Positions 53,544-64,000 of a stretch of DNA of 64,000 bases are shown piece by piece. The DNA lies in contig JAGCXN010000021.1 in assembly GCA_017961265.1 (NCBI GenBank), forward strand, positions 4,793 through 68,792. Direction: 5' to 3'. Both the position numbers and the translations under genes were made by a program. Within the stretch, counting starts at the first letter, position 1, and every line of letters starts with the position of its first letter. The DNA comes from Bacteroidales bacterium (lineage in GTDB: Bacteria; Bacteroidota; Bacteroidia; Bacteroidales; WCHB1-69). The notes under the pieces were generated by a model. The model was not told the DNA's origin and did no database searches. It saw only the letters and a program-made list of their open reading frames with translations.

Positions 53544-55331
53544 TTAATCCAGCTTGAGGACTGCAAGGAACGCTGACTGCGGCACCTGCACCGTACCAAT
53601 CTGGCGCATCCGCTTCTTACCCTCCTTCTGTTTTTCCAAAAGCTTGCGTTTACGGGTGATATCGCCGCCGTAGCACTTGGCGGTCACGTCCTTTCGGACG
53701 GCCTTGATGGTCTCACGGGCGATGATTTTCGTGCCGATGGCTGCCTGCACAGCGATGTCGAACTGCTGCCGCGGGATCAGCTCCTTCAGCTTTTCACAAA
53801 TCTTCCGTCCGAAGGGATAGGCATTGTCGAAATGGGTCAGGGATGACAACGCATCGACTGAGTCACCGTTCAACAGAATGTCCAGTTTCACCAACTGTGC
53901 CGGCTTGTAACTGGAAATATGATAGTCGAAGGAGGCATAACCTTTGGATATGCTCTTCAGCTTGTCGTAAAAGTCGAACACGATCTCACCCAACGGCAAA
54001 TCAAAAGTGAGTTCCACACGGTTGGAAGCAATATAGACCTGATTCAGCAGCGTACCGCGCTTGTCCAGACACAGCTTGATAATCGGTCCGATATAGTCGG
54101 CCTTGCTGATAATCTGCGCCCGGATGTACGGCTCCTCAATATGGTCAATCATCGTGGGAGACGGCATTCCCGACGGGTTATGCACCTCCATCAATTCACC
54201 TTTGGTGGTATAGAGGTTGTACGACACGTTCGGCACCGTGGCGATCACGTCCATATTGAATTCACGGTCAAGACGTTCCTGCACGATTTCCATGTGCAGA
54301 AGTCCAAGGAAGCCGCAACGGAAGCCAAAGCCCAAAGCCGCCGAAGACTCCGGCACAAAAGTAAGGGAGGCATCATTAAGTTGCAACTTTTCAAGGGAGG
54401 CACGAAGTTCCTCGTATTGGTCTGCTTCAGTGGGATAGACACCGGCAAACAGCATTGGCTTCACCTCCTGAAAACCCGCAACCGCCTCGGAACAAGGACG
54501 TTCCACGTGCGTGACCGTATCTCCCACACGCACCTCCTTTGAGGTCTTGATGCCGGAAATGATGTAGCCAACATCCCCCGCTTTCATTACTTGCCGCGGC
54601 TCCTGATGCATCCGGAGCACCCCGATCTCATCGGCATTGTACTCTTTGCCAGTAGCCATAAACTTCACAAAATCATTGGTTTTCAATGTTCCATTGAAGA
54701 TACGGAAATAAGAGATGATCCCACGGTATGAATTGAAGACGGAGTCAAAAATCAAAGCTTGGAGCGGTGCATCGGGGTCACCTTTCGGAGCCGGAATACG
54801 CTCAATGATGGCAGCAAGAAGCTCCTCCACACCCAAGCCGGTCTTTCCGCTGGCTTCAATAATCTCGCTCTCGTCACAACCGAGCAAATCCACAATTTGG
54901 TCTTTTACCTCCGCCGGCATAGCGGCAGGCATATCCATTTTGTTCAGCACGGGAATGATTTCCAGATTATTGTCTATGGCCAGATAGAGGTTGGATATCG
55001 TCTGTGCCTGAACGCCTTGTGTGGCATCTACAAGAAGGAGCGCACCTTCACAAGCGGTGATGGAACGCGACACCTCGTAAGAGAAGTCCACATGGCCGGG
55101 AGTGTCAATCAGGTTAAGGACATAATCTTCCCCCTTGTACTTATAATTCATCTGGATGGCGTGGCTCTTGATCGTGATGCCGCGCTCACGTTCGAGTGCC
55201 ATATCGTCCAGCACCTGATCTTGGAATTCACGCTCGTCAACTGTGCCGGTAAACTGAAGCATACGGTCAGCTAACGTACTCTTACCGTGGTCAATATGGG
55301 CAATAATGCAGAAATTTCGGATATGTTTCAT
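53544..55331 (-). CDS. lepA: translation elongation factor 4
   Basis: [21 protein letters not shown]1 motif, DTPGHVDF and the LepA C-terminal domain. Confidence 0.95.
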   Translation of the reverse strand: MKHIRNFCIIAHIDHGKSTLADRMLQFTGTVDEREFQDQVLDDMALERERGITIKSHAIQMNYKYKGEDYVLNLIDTPGHVDFSYEVSRSITACEGALLLVDATQGVQAQTISNLYLAIDNNLEIIPVLNKMDMPAAMPAEVKDQIVDLLGCDESEIIEASGKTGLGVEELLAAIIERIPAPKGDPDAPLQALIFDSVFNSYRGIISYFRIFNGTLKTNDFVKFMATGKEYNADEIGVLRMHQEPRQVMKAGDVGYIISGIKTSKEVRVGDTVTHVERPCSEAVAGFQEVKPMLFAGVYPTEADQYEELRASLEKLQLNDASLTFVPESSAALGFGFRCGFLGLLHMEIVQERLDREFNMDVIATVPNVSYNLYTTKGELMEVHNPSGMPSPTMIDHIEEPYIRAQIISKADYIGPIIKLCLDKRGTLLNQVYIASNRVELTFDLPLGEIVFDFYDKLKSISKGYASFDYHISSYKPAQLVKLDILLNGDSVDALSSLTHFDNAYPFGRKICEKLKELIPRQQFDIAVQAAIGTKIIARETIKAVRKDVTAKCYGGDITRKRKLLEKQKEGKKRMRQIGTVQVPQSAFLAVLKLD

Positions 55332-55338
55332 TTGGCGG

Positions 55339-55346
55339 CAAAATTA
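55339..55346 (-). promoter_or_regulatory. -7 box (TAATTTTG) abutting the lepA start
   Basis: Only 7 nt separate the box from the ATG at 55331, which implies a leaderless or near-leaderless mRNA if the box is functional. Confidence 0.35.
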
Positions 55347-55359
55347 CGGAAATTTTCGC

Positions 55360-55391
55360 AAAAAAAGAGGGGATTTCTCATCGAAATCCCC
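55360..55391 (-). terminator. rho-independent terminator after gldN
   Basis: GGGGATTTC-tcatc-GAAATCCCC. On the transcribed minus strand the hairpin is followed by a T run (A7 on the plus strand). Confidence 0.7.
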
Positions 55392-55421
55392 CCTGTTGTT
55401 ATGAAAAAAATTGGTTTCGGA

Positions 55422-56360
55422 TTAGAATTCCCAGAGGTCGTGTTCGAACTTCCGGATTTTTTCAGTGATACGATCAGACTCCAAACGCTGGTCACGCGCA
55501 TTGGTGATGTACTGCTGGATTTCACGATCGTTATAGACATTCTGTTCCTGATAGATGTAGCTGGAAAATTCGCGTTTCCAAGTCATCAGGTCATCCAGAG
55601 AGATACGCTGGGCGTTGTTCTTCTGGTTATAAACCTCCTGCTGGGCAAGGTATGGACGAAGTTCGTCGTACATGATGTAGCCAACACGTTTTTTCGACTT
55701 GATGGCACCGACGCTCTCTTCCTCTTCCTGACCGGGCTGAGGTTCACCGCTATTGGTTTCCTTTTCGTATTCAATCATCGGCTCGATTTCAAGGATGCGC
55801 ACCTCAAGGAGGGAACGTTTCTTGTCAAAGAACCAGATTTCTTTCACACGATAAAGGAGCACCTGACGGGCAGTGAATTCCTCTTCGTACTCAATTTCAC
55901 CGATTACCTCGAAAGTTTCGGGGTCAATCTGTTCAGTCCGTTTCAATTCAACCAAGCTGGCCTTGACATCTTCACGGCTCATCGGCATAGTGCAGAACTC
56001 ATCCGAATAGATGGGAAGCACACCTTCCGTATGTTCCGGATTTTTGACATCCAGTGCATCGAAAATCACTTGGGCCATACAACGCCACGTTCCGCGCACA
56101 TCCTGCGGAAAATAGAGTGGATGGTTCATTTTTTCACGAAGGTCGATGGTTCTCCAGATGGTGTGATAGTACATCACATCGGCGTTCCGCTGATAAACAT
56201 ACGGAACAGGGTCGGAGAATTCGCCCACTTCGGTCTGCTCCCACGCGAATTCGAGGGGCTTGCGAACCGGCTGGTTCATCGTGCTACCTGTCGTGTCTTC
56301 CTGGGCAAAGGCCAGAAAGCCGAGACAGAAAGCAAAAACGGACAAAACAATTTTTTTCAT
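55422..56360 (-). CDS. gldN: T9SS/gliding ring protein GldN (PorN)
   Basis: Signal peptide and the YYHTIWRTIDLREKMNHPLYFP motif. It is the last gene of the gldKLMN block. Confidence 0.85.
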   Translation of the reverse strand: MKKIVLSVFAFCLGFLAFAQEDTTGSTMNQPVRKPLEFAWEQTEVGEFSDPVPYVYQRNADVMYYHTIWRTIDLREKMNHPLYFPQDVRGTWRCMAQVIFDALDVKNPEHTEGVLPIYSDEFCTMPMSREDVKASLVELKRTEQIDPETFEVIGEIEYEEEFTARQVLLYRVKEIWFFDKKRSLLEVRILEIEPMIEYEKETNSGEPQPGQEEEESVGAIKSKKRVGYIMYDELRPYLAQQEVYNQKNNAQRISLDDLMTWKREFSSYIYQEQNVYNDREIQQYITNARDQRLESDRITEKIRKFEHDLWEF

Positions 56361-56378
56361 AACAATAAAGTTTTCAAA

Positions 56379-58058
56379 TTATTTGATACGGATGGTGATA
56401 TCACGCAACGTACGCTGGCCGGCGATGGAGGTGGCTTTGATGTCGGAGAACACCAGCACCGTTCCTGCACTTGCACTATTGATAGCTGCAGTCACGCTGC
56501 CGTCGAACTGACCGCCGGAGCAAGCCTTCGGAGCACCTTCGATACCTTTAGAGATAACGGTCAAACGGTAGGAGTTGATGGTCCATTTGAGGTCATAAGC
56601 AAAGTCATCACCCATACGTGCGGAAATGAACGGGTTGGCAAGAAGCTCGCTCTTGCTACGCTTGCCGCCCCAGATGTTGGCACCAAGGTAGGAAGTAGGA
56701 TCCGGAACCTTCTTGACACGGAATTCAGCGGAACCCATTGCCTTGGAGGAATTACCGTCGCGGGCGGTGACCGTGGCAGTCACTTTCTTACCGATAAGGC
56801 TAGCCGGAACAGTGACATCGTAGTGACCGTCACCCGTAGCTTTCATCGTGCATCCGGGGAAGTTGACGGAAAGTCTCTTTACATCAACAGAGCCACCGAT
56901 AGAGACAGGATTCGGAATACCTGCATAGAGCACGTTCATCTTATCGGCAGCAACAGTAGCTGACGGAGCAATGACGCTATAGGTATCTTTGAAACCATAG
57001 TATTTGTAACCATCGGGAGATTTCACCTTGATCAAACCAGCGAATTTGTGGTCGCCAACGCCGCCGGCAGGAATCTGCAGTTTGGCAATACCGCCAGCAC
57101 CAACAAGGTGTTCAGCAGAACCAAGCTGATCTTCCGTGAGGGTATCTGCACCAATCTTATAGTAAACTTCCAGATCGGCGGAGGAGTTGAAAGCGGCGAC
57201 GATAATGTCGGATTCATAGCTGGAACCGGAGAACACAATCTGTGACTTCGGAATGGCACGACCAGTAACAGCATCGAATTTGAAGTCGTTAGCATCAATA
57301 CCTTTGGTCAATTCATCCAGAACGAGAGTTTCAGCATTACGCACTTCACCGATCACTTTACTGAGAAGGATGACGGTACCGGCGCAGATCAAGTGATTGA
57401 AGTTGTGCATTTCCCAACTTTCAGTACCCTTGTCACCATTTCCTCTGACGTACTCCTTATCCACCTCAAGTCCGAGGTTATCCATAACGAATTTCTTGCG
57501 CTCTTTCTCCATATTGGAGGAATCAGGAAGGAGAGCCAGAATGGCAGACTTGTACTCATTGATTTTTGCACGCATAACGGAGGCACGACAATTGGGATTA
57601 TTTTCACTGATGTCGTTTCCGTTCTCATCTTGTCTCAAATAGAACCAGGTCGGTTTGTCGAAGTTGTCCTTACCGTCGATTTTTGCGACAGGAATACGGC
57701 CATTGTTAGCGGGATCATTCAGCTGTTCCATGGCCTTCTTTTCGCCATCCACATACTTGATAAGTTCGAGACGGGAATCCTCAATATATTTGACCATATC
57801 ATCGGTCAACTGGCGGAGTTGCGTTGCTTTCTCATTGGCGGTCTTAGCTTTTGCCGTGGTATCTTTCGCCAATGCTGCATATTTGAAGTCAATACCTTCT
57901 TTCACGCTGACGTTGGACTGTGCCAAGGTGTCGTCAACAACATTGAAGGCTTCCAAAATATCTTTGGACACATTCAGTGCCAACATAGCGGTCAGCACCA
58001 AATACATCATACCAATCATTTGTTGCCGGGGGGTTTCCGGACAGTTTTTTGCACCCAT
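56379..58058 (-). CDS. gldM: T9SS/gliding motor-associated protein GldM (PorM)
   Basis: N-terminal TM motif PRQQMIGMMYLVLTAMLALNVSKDILEAF. 559 aa. Confidence 0.9.
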   Translation of the reverse strand: MGAKNCPETPRQQMIGMMYLVLTAMLALNVSKDILEAFNVVDDTLAQSNVSVKEGIDFKYAALAKDTTAKAKTANEKATQLRQLTDDMVKYIEDSRLELIKYVDGEKKAMEQLNDPANNGRIPVAKIDGKDNFDKPTWFYLRQDENGNDISENNPNCRASVMRAKINEYKSAILALLPDSSNMEKERKKFVMDNLGLEVDKEYVRGNGDKGTESWEMHNFNHLICAGTVILLSKVIGEVRNAETLVLDELTKGIDANDFKFDAVTGRAIPKSQIVFSGSSYESDIIVAAFNSSADLEVYYKIGADTLTEDQLGSAEHLVGAGGIAKLQIPAGGVGDHKFAGLIKVKSPDGYKYYGFKDTYSVIAPSATVAADKMNVLYAGIPNPVSIGGSVDVKRLSVNFPGCTMKATGDGHYDVTVPASLIGKKVTATVTARDGNSSKAMGSAEFRVKKVPDPTSYLGANIWGGKRSKSELLANPFISARMGDDFAYDLKWTINSYRLTVISKGIEGAPKACSGGQFDGSVTAAINSASAGTVLVFSDIKATSIAGQRTLRDITIRIK

Positions 58059-58097
58059 AGTTAGTTATTTAAAGATTTAATGGTTAAGCGATAAGAA

Positions 58098-59003
58098 TTA
58101 TTTGTTGATGTTCATAGCGGCCAGCATATTGCCGTAAACGCTGCTCAACATAGCGACATTCTTGGTCAACTTATCGATTTCTTCTTTATATTTCTTGGTA
58201 TTCTCAAGCGTGGAGCTGAGGTTGTTAGCATAGGTGGTGATATTGGCCTCAACGAGCTTGTAGTTCTCCAACATGTCCTTAGAGTTCTTCATCTGCAACT
58301 CATACATGGAGTTGATGGAAGCGAGGTTCTGATTGAGTTTCTTGAGTTGTTCATTGTAAGCACCCGTATCACCCTGCATGGATTTGCTGGTATTTTCATA
58401 GATGCTGGTCAAGTTGGCGACGGCGGTGGCGGCCTTCTGGACATTGGTTAAGTATTGGCCGGAGATGTTGGAATCCTTCTCCAAAGAAGAGGCAGTTTTA
58501 TCATACTGCAAAGAGAGATTACGGACTGACTCGGCGGCCTTGGTCAGATTGCCAACATAATTATCGGTAACGGTAGCGGCATCAGAAACGCCAGAGAGCT
58601 TCTTGGCGTTCTCACTGAGGTTGCGCATACCTGTGGCGAGACTTTCAATCAGTTCGGGGCCAATCTTGGCTTGTTCTAACATATTATCAAGTTGCTGTGT
58701 AACAGTGCCTTCTGGGAGTTTTTTCTTATCTTTCTTGCTGGTTGGGGTTTCCGGCATATCGTCACCGGCAGCCAATTCGGGATAAACAAGAGCCCAGTTA
58801 TACTCCACATGGAGGGGTTCAAAAGCGGACATGAAGAAAATGATGGCTTCGGTGCCCATACCTAACAAAAGCATGACACCAGCACCCGGATAGTGCATAA
58901 TTTTGAACAAAGCGCCGAGAATAACGACGGATGCACCCCATCCGTACAATTTGGCCATAAAATTCTTATAGCCCTTGCTTCTTACTAATTTGTCTAAACC
59001 CAT
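58098..59003 (-). CDS. gldL: T9SS/gliding motor protein GldL (PorL)
   Basis: Two N-terminal TM helices (YGWGASVVILGALFKIMHYPGA..., GTEAIIFFMSAFEP) followed by a coiled-coil tail. Confidence 0.9.
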   Translation of the reverse strand: MGLDKLVRSKGYKNFMAKLYGWGASVVILGALFKIMHYPGAGVMLLLGMGTEAIIFFMSAFEPLHVEYNWALVYPELAAGDDMPETPTSKKDKKKLPEGTVTQQLDNMLEQAKIGPELIESLATGMRNLSENAKKLSGVSDAATVTDNYVGNLTKAAESVRNLSLQYDKTASSLEKDSNISGQYLTNVQKAATAVANLTSIYENTSKSMQGDTGAYNEQLKKLNQNLASINSMYELQMKNSKDMLENYKLVEANITTYANNLSSTLENTKKYKEEIDKLTKNVAMLSSVYGNMLAAMNINK

Positions 59004-59060
59004 AGTAATAAAATTTAAATTGGTTAATGATTTTGGTTATTTAATAAATTGATTTTCTGA

Positions 59061-60491
59061 TTAATAAACGTGTGAAGCGGAAGAGACATTATCACCACGC
59101 TGACGGCCCATATAGCTCTGGACGCAACGGAAACCCACATAGGAAGTACAGCTGTCCTGATACTCGAAAGTCTTGGCAAAAACGGTAGTATAGTAACTCA
59201 CGTCTTTCCACGAACCGCCACGGATCACCTTGCGCTTTTTCTCGACAGAGTCGGTCTTCTTTGCATAATAGGTATATTGCGGGTTAAGGTCATGAGTGAA
59301 ATTGGTAGCAGATTTATCAAAAGCATCCTCGCACCATTCAGCCACGTTGCCGCTCATATCGAACAAACCGAAATCGTTCGGGTGGTAGTGGGCCACAATA
59401 CCCGGGTAGATGTTACCATCAGCGATATAGTTACCGCGCTGGGGTTTGAAGTTGCTAAGGTAGCAGCCATTACGGTTCTGGGTGTAAGGACCGCCCCACG
59501 GATAGGTCTGCATGTCGAAATCACCACGTGCCGCCCATTCCCATTCAGCCTCATTGGGAAGACGGAATTCTTGTTCACGGGCATAATCATGGGCGGAAAG
59601 CCAGCAGTTACGGAGATGGGTTCTCCAGTAGCAGAATGCCTTGGCCTGACGCCATGAAATACCGACAACCGGATAGTGATCAAACTGCGGATGGTAGAAA
59701 TAATTCAAAGTCATCGGTTCATTATAAGAGTAAGTGAAGTCGTGCACCCAGCACAAAGTGTCGGGATAGATATTGACAACTTCATTGCGCATGAAACGTT
59801 CGCGGTTCTTGTTAAAGCTGCTCGGACGGCTGGCGAAAAGTCCGCCGTAATCATTGCCTTCCTTGTCCATTTCCTTATAAGAAGCACCATATTTCTCATG
59901 ATCTTCCGGATCCACGTAGTTGCGGTAGTCGCACCACCAGTACTCATAGTTCAGCATACTGACATTAAGCATGACTGGAGTGTAGTGGTAAAAACGTGAA
60001 TTAGCCACAAGGAAAAGCGGGCTAAGGGCGGCGCGGACCTCCTCATTGTCGGAATTCCAGTCGATATCCTCTTTCCAATTAATCATGCGGGGTTCCACAA
60101 GTTCACCCTCGTTCTCACCAGATTTATACTTCACATAGTGGCCACCATGCTTTTCAGCATCTTCGATTTCGGCATTGCCCAAAAGGACGTGTGCAATAGA
60201 GTCACGCACCCAATAAACAAACTGGCGGTACTCATTGTTCGTAATCTCTGTCTCGTCCATATAGAAAGCGGAGATGGAGACATTCCTTGACTGGTGTGTG
60301 AAGGCGAAAGGTACGTCCTCGTCACCGGCGCCCATCAGATAGTGACCTGCGGGCACATAGACCATACCATACGGCATAAGATCCAGGTAGTCAGGGCGAT
60401 CCTTCACGCCGACCAATTGTCCGTCACCATCATTCTTACATCCCATAAAAAGGATGGAGACTACTGCGAGGAATAATGCTGCTTTTTTCAT
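59061..60491 (-). CDS. gldK: T9SS/gliding lipoprotein GldK (PorK), SUMF1/FGE fold
   Basis: Lipobox (LFMGC), FGE-sulfatase-like motifs (NVAEWC, RGGSWKD). 476 aa. Confidence 0.9.
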   Translation of the reverse strand: MKKAALFLAVVSILFMGCKNDGDGQLVGVKDRPDYLDLMPYGMVYVPAGHYLMGAGDEDVPFAFTHQSRNVSISAFYMDETEITNNEYRQFVYWVRDSIAHVLLGNAEIEDAEKHGGHYVKYKSGENEGELVEPRMINWKEDIDWNSDNEEVRAALSPLFLVANSRFYHYTPVMLNVSMLNYEYWWCDYRNYVDPEDHEKYGASYKEMDKEGNDYGGLFASRPSSFNKNRERFMRNEVVNIYPDTLCWVHDFTYSYNEPMTLNYFYHPQFDHYPVVGISWRQAKAFCYWRTHLRNCWLSAHDYAREQEFRLPNEAEWEWAARGDFDMQTYPWGGPYTQNRNGCYLSNFKPQRGNYIADGNIYPGIVAHYHPNDFGLFDMSGNVAEWCEDAFDKSATNFTHDLNPQYTYYAKKTDSVEKKRKVIRGGSWKDVSYYTTVFAKTFEYQDSCTSYVGFRCVQSYMGRQRGDNVSSASHVY

Positions 60492-60541
60492 ATTCTTTGA
60501 CTTTGAATGTATTCTTAACGTAAACTGCTGTATATTATTGT

Positions 60542-61570
60542 TTAATACTGGTTTTTATAAATAGAACGTGTTGAGCCATAACCTGAGAAGACCTCCTCTT
60601 TGTATATGTCGAAACAGTAGCGGAGCATAATTTCGATGTCACCATAGCTTCGGTCTGTTTTGAAGCCCAACTTACTGGTTGTGAAGCTATAACCAAGGCC
60701 CATTTCCAATCCTTTCAGATAATTATTGGAAGAATTGAAGAACGGGCGGGCGCCGAAAAGAACAGATACAGCATCCTGAATACGGTAGGAAGCTCCGAAC
60801 CAAAGAATGCCATTATAGCGGGCAAGGAGCATCAGGTCGAACTGTGCTGCGGAAAAGTCTGTCTTGATAAGGGCCTGCGGGAGGATTTCCCAACTGGGAT
60901 CCCAAGGAAGAACCCAAGTATAACCACCGTGAATATACAAGTTGCGAGCCATTTTAAGGGTCTGCTTATCCCCGGAAAGGCGAATCTTCTCGGCTATCTG
61001 TGTAACACCGATACCTGCATTCCAGCGGTCAGCTTTATAGAAAAGTCCAAAATTGAAATCAAGGTCAAGCCATGACTCGCCACTGGCAGCCATGTTGTTA
61101 ATCAACTCGTCACCCTCCTGGGTCGGACTGAAGTGTGAAGGGTCAAGTTTCTGGCTGAGCAACTGGGCCTGCAGACCAATACCGAGACTTCCTGTCGGGA
61201 TACGCAACTTGAACGAGTAGCCGAGCTTCACCCCCACATTGTTGAAATAGCCAATCTTATCCTTAATCACAGACACACCCAAGCTACCATGCAACTTGCG
61301 GAGATAGGACTCCATGCTGAAGTAAATCTGCTGGGGAGAGGTATTATATTTCTTCTGATTACCATTCGCATCCACAATATAATCATTCCAACCGGTATAT
61401 TGCTGTCGGAAAATGCCCGTGAAACAGAGAGTATTGCTTTGTTCACCGATGGCGCCCGCATTATAATAAGGAGTGGCCCACTGAAAAAGTGTGAACTGCG
61501 CATCCTGCTGTGCAAAGACACCCGCCGTAAAAACGAACAAAACAACCGATAAGATGTAGCTTTTTCTCAT
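60542..61570 (-). CDS. porP: T9SS membrane protein PorP/SprF
   Basis: Signal peptide, then QQDAQFTLFQWATPYYNAGAIG, the PorP/SprF N-terminal signature. The protein has beta-barrel character. Confidence 0.85.
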   Translation of the reverse strand: MRKSYILSVVLFVFTAGVFAQQDAQFTLFQWATPYYNAGAIGEQSNTLCFTGIFRQQYTGWNDYIVDANGNQKKYNTSPQQIYFSMESYLRKLHGSLGVSVIKDKIGYFNNVGVKLGYSFKLRIPTGSLGIGLQAQLLSQKLDPSHFSPTQEGDELINNMAASGESWLDLDFNFGLFYKADRWNAGIGVTQIAEKIRLSGDKQTLKMARNLYIHGGYTWVLPWDPSWEILPQALIKTDFSAAQFDLMLLARYNGILWFGASYRIQDAVSVLFGARPFFNSSNNYLKGLEMGLGYSFTTSKLGFKTDRSYGDIEIMLRYCFDIYKEEVFSGYGSTRSIYKNQY

Positions 61571-61731
61571 GTTCTGATTATTCCTATTTCTTATTCATAA
61601 TAAAATAAAAACTTAGTAATCAGTATTTTGCAATCCAACACTTCTACTTTTTCCAACCTACTGAATCCCTTTTACGACCCACCTTAGAAAATGTTACAAT
61701 ACACGATACTTTATACCAAAATTTCGAGCGC

Positions 61732-61739
61732 CAAAAGTA
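61732..61739 (-). promoter_or_regulatory. -7 box (TACTTTTG) for the porP-gldKLMN operon
   Basis: Lies about 160 nt upstream of the porP ATG at 61570, within a 250-bp AT-rich spacer. Confidence 0.4.
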
Positions 61740-61824
61740 CAAAAAAAAAATTTTGGATTCACACCCTTTCTCCTTTTTTTATAAAAAAAATGGAAACAGC
61801 AAAAACGAGCCAAACAGAGTATTC

Positions 61825-64000
61825 CTAAAAGAAAGCTTTCAACTGCAAGAAACCCGTATGAATCAGCTTGCGCTCATTTGTTACCCGTCCCTCATATTGC
61901 AGATTAAGCTGTAAATACTCAAATAGTTTCGTCTGATAGGTCAAGTTCCAAAGGAGGTTGTGACCTGACGACAGTCCGTCCAGCATTTCATAGGCGACAC
62001 TGCTGTCGGTCCCCCCCTTATACAATATATTAATATATTGCACCCGCAGGTCAACCGTACCCAATTGTTTCATCCTATAGGTGGCCTCGAGTTCAGCCTT
62101 GTAACGGTTGGCCGTTTCACCATAATCCAGATTTCTCTTATAGCCCGCCTCACCCGTCACTGAAAGACTCAGGTTAAAGTCGAAATTCAGGGTGACCGAC
62201 TGTTCCAACTGATGGGAGAGAATCTGGTAGTCGCGGCCGGCAAATCCTTCCACCTGACTTTGCTTGACTGAATTCCTATACATCGCTTTCAGTATCAATA
62301 TTTTGGCAAGTTCTGAACGGGCTGTCAGCTCATGATGCTTCAAATTCATGCTTTCAAATCCATAGTAAAGCAGATTCTTCGACTGGTTGACCATCGCCAC
62401 GTAATTCAATGAGAAGTAAGAATTTGGGAGCGAAAATCCGAAATTGTTTTTGAAATTGAAACTGCGGTTCACCAACACCGAATCGGCGATACCAAACCCG
62501 TAAGGGTTCAAAATACGGAAATCCTTGCCCATCGTGCATTTCTGGCTTGTCCGCAGCATCGCGACATCGCTGAACATGGACAACGCTTTCAGAAATCCCT
62601 TCTTGTTTCGCCAGACGTTGGCGGGGCGCAACTGCAAGGTCTGGGTCGTACCGCAGTTGTAAGTGTTTATGTACTCATTTGTGGAGAGCCACACCTTCAC
62701 ATAGTCCGCTTCATTCTGGAAGACAGCCAGTTCAAACTCGTCCAGCTCTTCAATGCCGTTGCCGTTGTAGTCGTTCCAGACGTAACTCCCCTGTCCTGCC
62801 GCCACCTTCAGGAAGGTGTATTCGCGCTTCTGTTCCAAGCCGCTACCGGCTTCATAGTAGAGGCCGAGCGCCACCGCCCCTTTCCAGAAACTGCCGGCAT
62901 AATCGACATTGGCGACGAAGTTGTGCTCGGAGACAAAGTTGCGGAGTGTGTCACGGACACGGTCGTTCCGGTAGGTCACCGTCCCTTTCAGACGGTTGTG
63001 CCGCCACTTCGTAACCTCGAACGCCACCTGCGCCTCGTTGGATAACGAACGTACCGACAATACATTATTATATACGTCGTCATCGACACGGTTCTTGAAC
63101 TGGAAGAGGTAGTTGTAGCCCGTCACAGAATCGCTGTTGGCGAGATAGACCGCCGCCTCATTGAAAGCATAGCTGTTAAGCCTGAGCGAGTCGGTAGCGG
63201 TACTGCGGAAAGCGTTTTATTCCAGGTACTTCTTCAAACCAATCTTGATTTTGGAGAAGGACTTGGAAAAATCATTAACGGTTTTCACAAACTGGCTTTT
63301 CTGAATCTGCTGGTTCGAAGCGAGATACGAAGATATCGAACTCCATTGCCAACTATTGAACGTGTGGCGGGAATTGAGTTCGTGCCGGAACGCCGACAGG
63401 TCGCCGAAACGGGCGAGCCAGTTGAACGAGTAGTACGTACTTCCCTTCAGCGGATGTTCAAAGCCTGTGACAATTCCCGCCAGCTGCTCCGAAGCCGTGG
63501 AGGTGTAGTCGCTCTCCAGATTGTACTCACGGTAGTACTCCACGGGACGGAAGCTTTTCAGCGGCGTATAGTTCTTGTGCACAAATTCATAGTCAATGCC
63601 CGCACGGTAGCGCCAGAGCGTGTCGCGCACCCGCTGCCCCAGCTTCGTACGGTATTCCAGCTTCAGTTTGTAGGCGATACCGGCATTATCCTTGTCACCG
63701 CTTTTGGAAAAGAGGTTGTTGTCGGCGTATGAGAAAGCCAACTCCGTCATCGCCGTCAGCTTGTCGGAAAACGCGTAGGTAGCATGAAGCGCCATCAGTT
63801 CGTTCATCTTCGGCGTATTCAACTGAACTACAGGCTCATAATCACCTTGCGGGATTCCATTCACAGGTGCAACCCACTGATAGACTTTCCCGTTGGCGAC
63901 ACTCTGCAACAGAATGTAATTACCCTTGTTGGCTCCCACATAGCTGAACGGCACCCGGTAAACATTGTGACGGTCTGTTCCCGCATAGACATAAATTGGG
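61825..64000 (-). pseudogene. large outer-membrane beta-barrel-like protein gene interrupted by one in-frame TAA (63217-63219); the 5' end lies beyond the right edge
   Basis: ORFs 63217..63954 and 61825..63126 share one frame, since 63954 and 63126 are both multiples of 3. The 30 codons between them are all sense codons. The frame stays open to position 63999. The C-terminus (GFLQLKAFF) has the terminal aromatic residue typical of outer-membrane barrels. Confidence 0.6.

Noticed and set aside
55287-56963. 558-aa plus-strand ORF
   Set aside because: It lies entirely antisense to the well-supported gldN and gldM genes. It has no recognisable motifs and low-complexity composition, so it is a shadow ORF.

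Overview
The window looks like a chromosomal segment from a Bacteroidota genome, probably Bacteroidales and Prevotellaceae-like. Three things support this: a complete T9SS/gliding core operon (porP-gldK-gldL-gldM-gldN), three proteins ending in T9SS C-terminal sorting domains, and the Bacteroides-type -7 promoter box TAnnTTTG 20-70 nt upstream of most first-in-operon genes. I ran no database search, so every call rests on motifs read from the translations and from the DNA.

About 50 genes are supported. Most are housekeeping: galE, ispG, rluB, miaA, uvrA, recR, smpB, dnaB, amn, tsaE, secG, lptE-like, atpDC, pcm, yggS, gcvT, rimO, apt, ilvE and lepA. I found no rRNA, tRNA, CRISPR array, intact transposase or integrase.

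The unusual content is mostly non-coding or structural.
1. An accessory island at about 35.6-47.3 kb holds a decayed PD-(D/E)XK (Rpn-like) gene, a 2298-codon T9SS cargo gene built from 16 FN3-like modules plus a nested array of Cys-pair modules, an AAA ATPase cassette bracketed by ~90-bp direct repeats that duplicate the giant gene's promoter region, and a second T9SS cargo gene.
2. Short-period tandem repeats (heptamers TTTTCAR and GGTRATA, nonamers YRTMAAGTT) are physically coupled to GTAGAG(A/C)CG hairpins. They intrude into coding ends: the uvrA C-terminus and an apparent recR N-terminal extension. They also form 29-30 bp inverted repeats between the giant gene's 5' leader and sites inside its own coding sequence.
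3. A single in-frame TAA interrupts the large outer-membrane-protein gene directly upstream of the T9SS operon.
4. A GC-rich, multi-hairpin ~170-nt intergenic element (35.72-35.89 kb) could be an unclassified ncRNA or a MITE-like relic.
5. There is a metal theme: a COG0523 GTPase with a ~75-residue His/Glu/Asp tract, and a His/Cys-loop permease.

I see no recognisable complete defence or mobile system. The novelty candidates are the repeat/hairpin composite elements and the architecture and regulation of the giant cargo locus.
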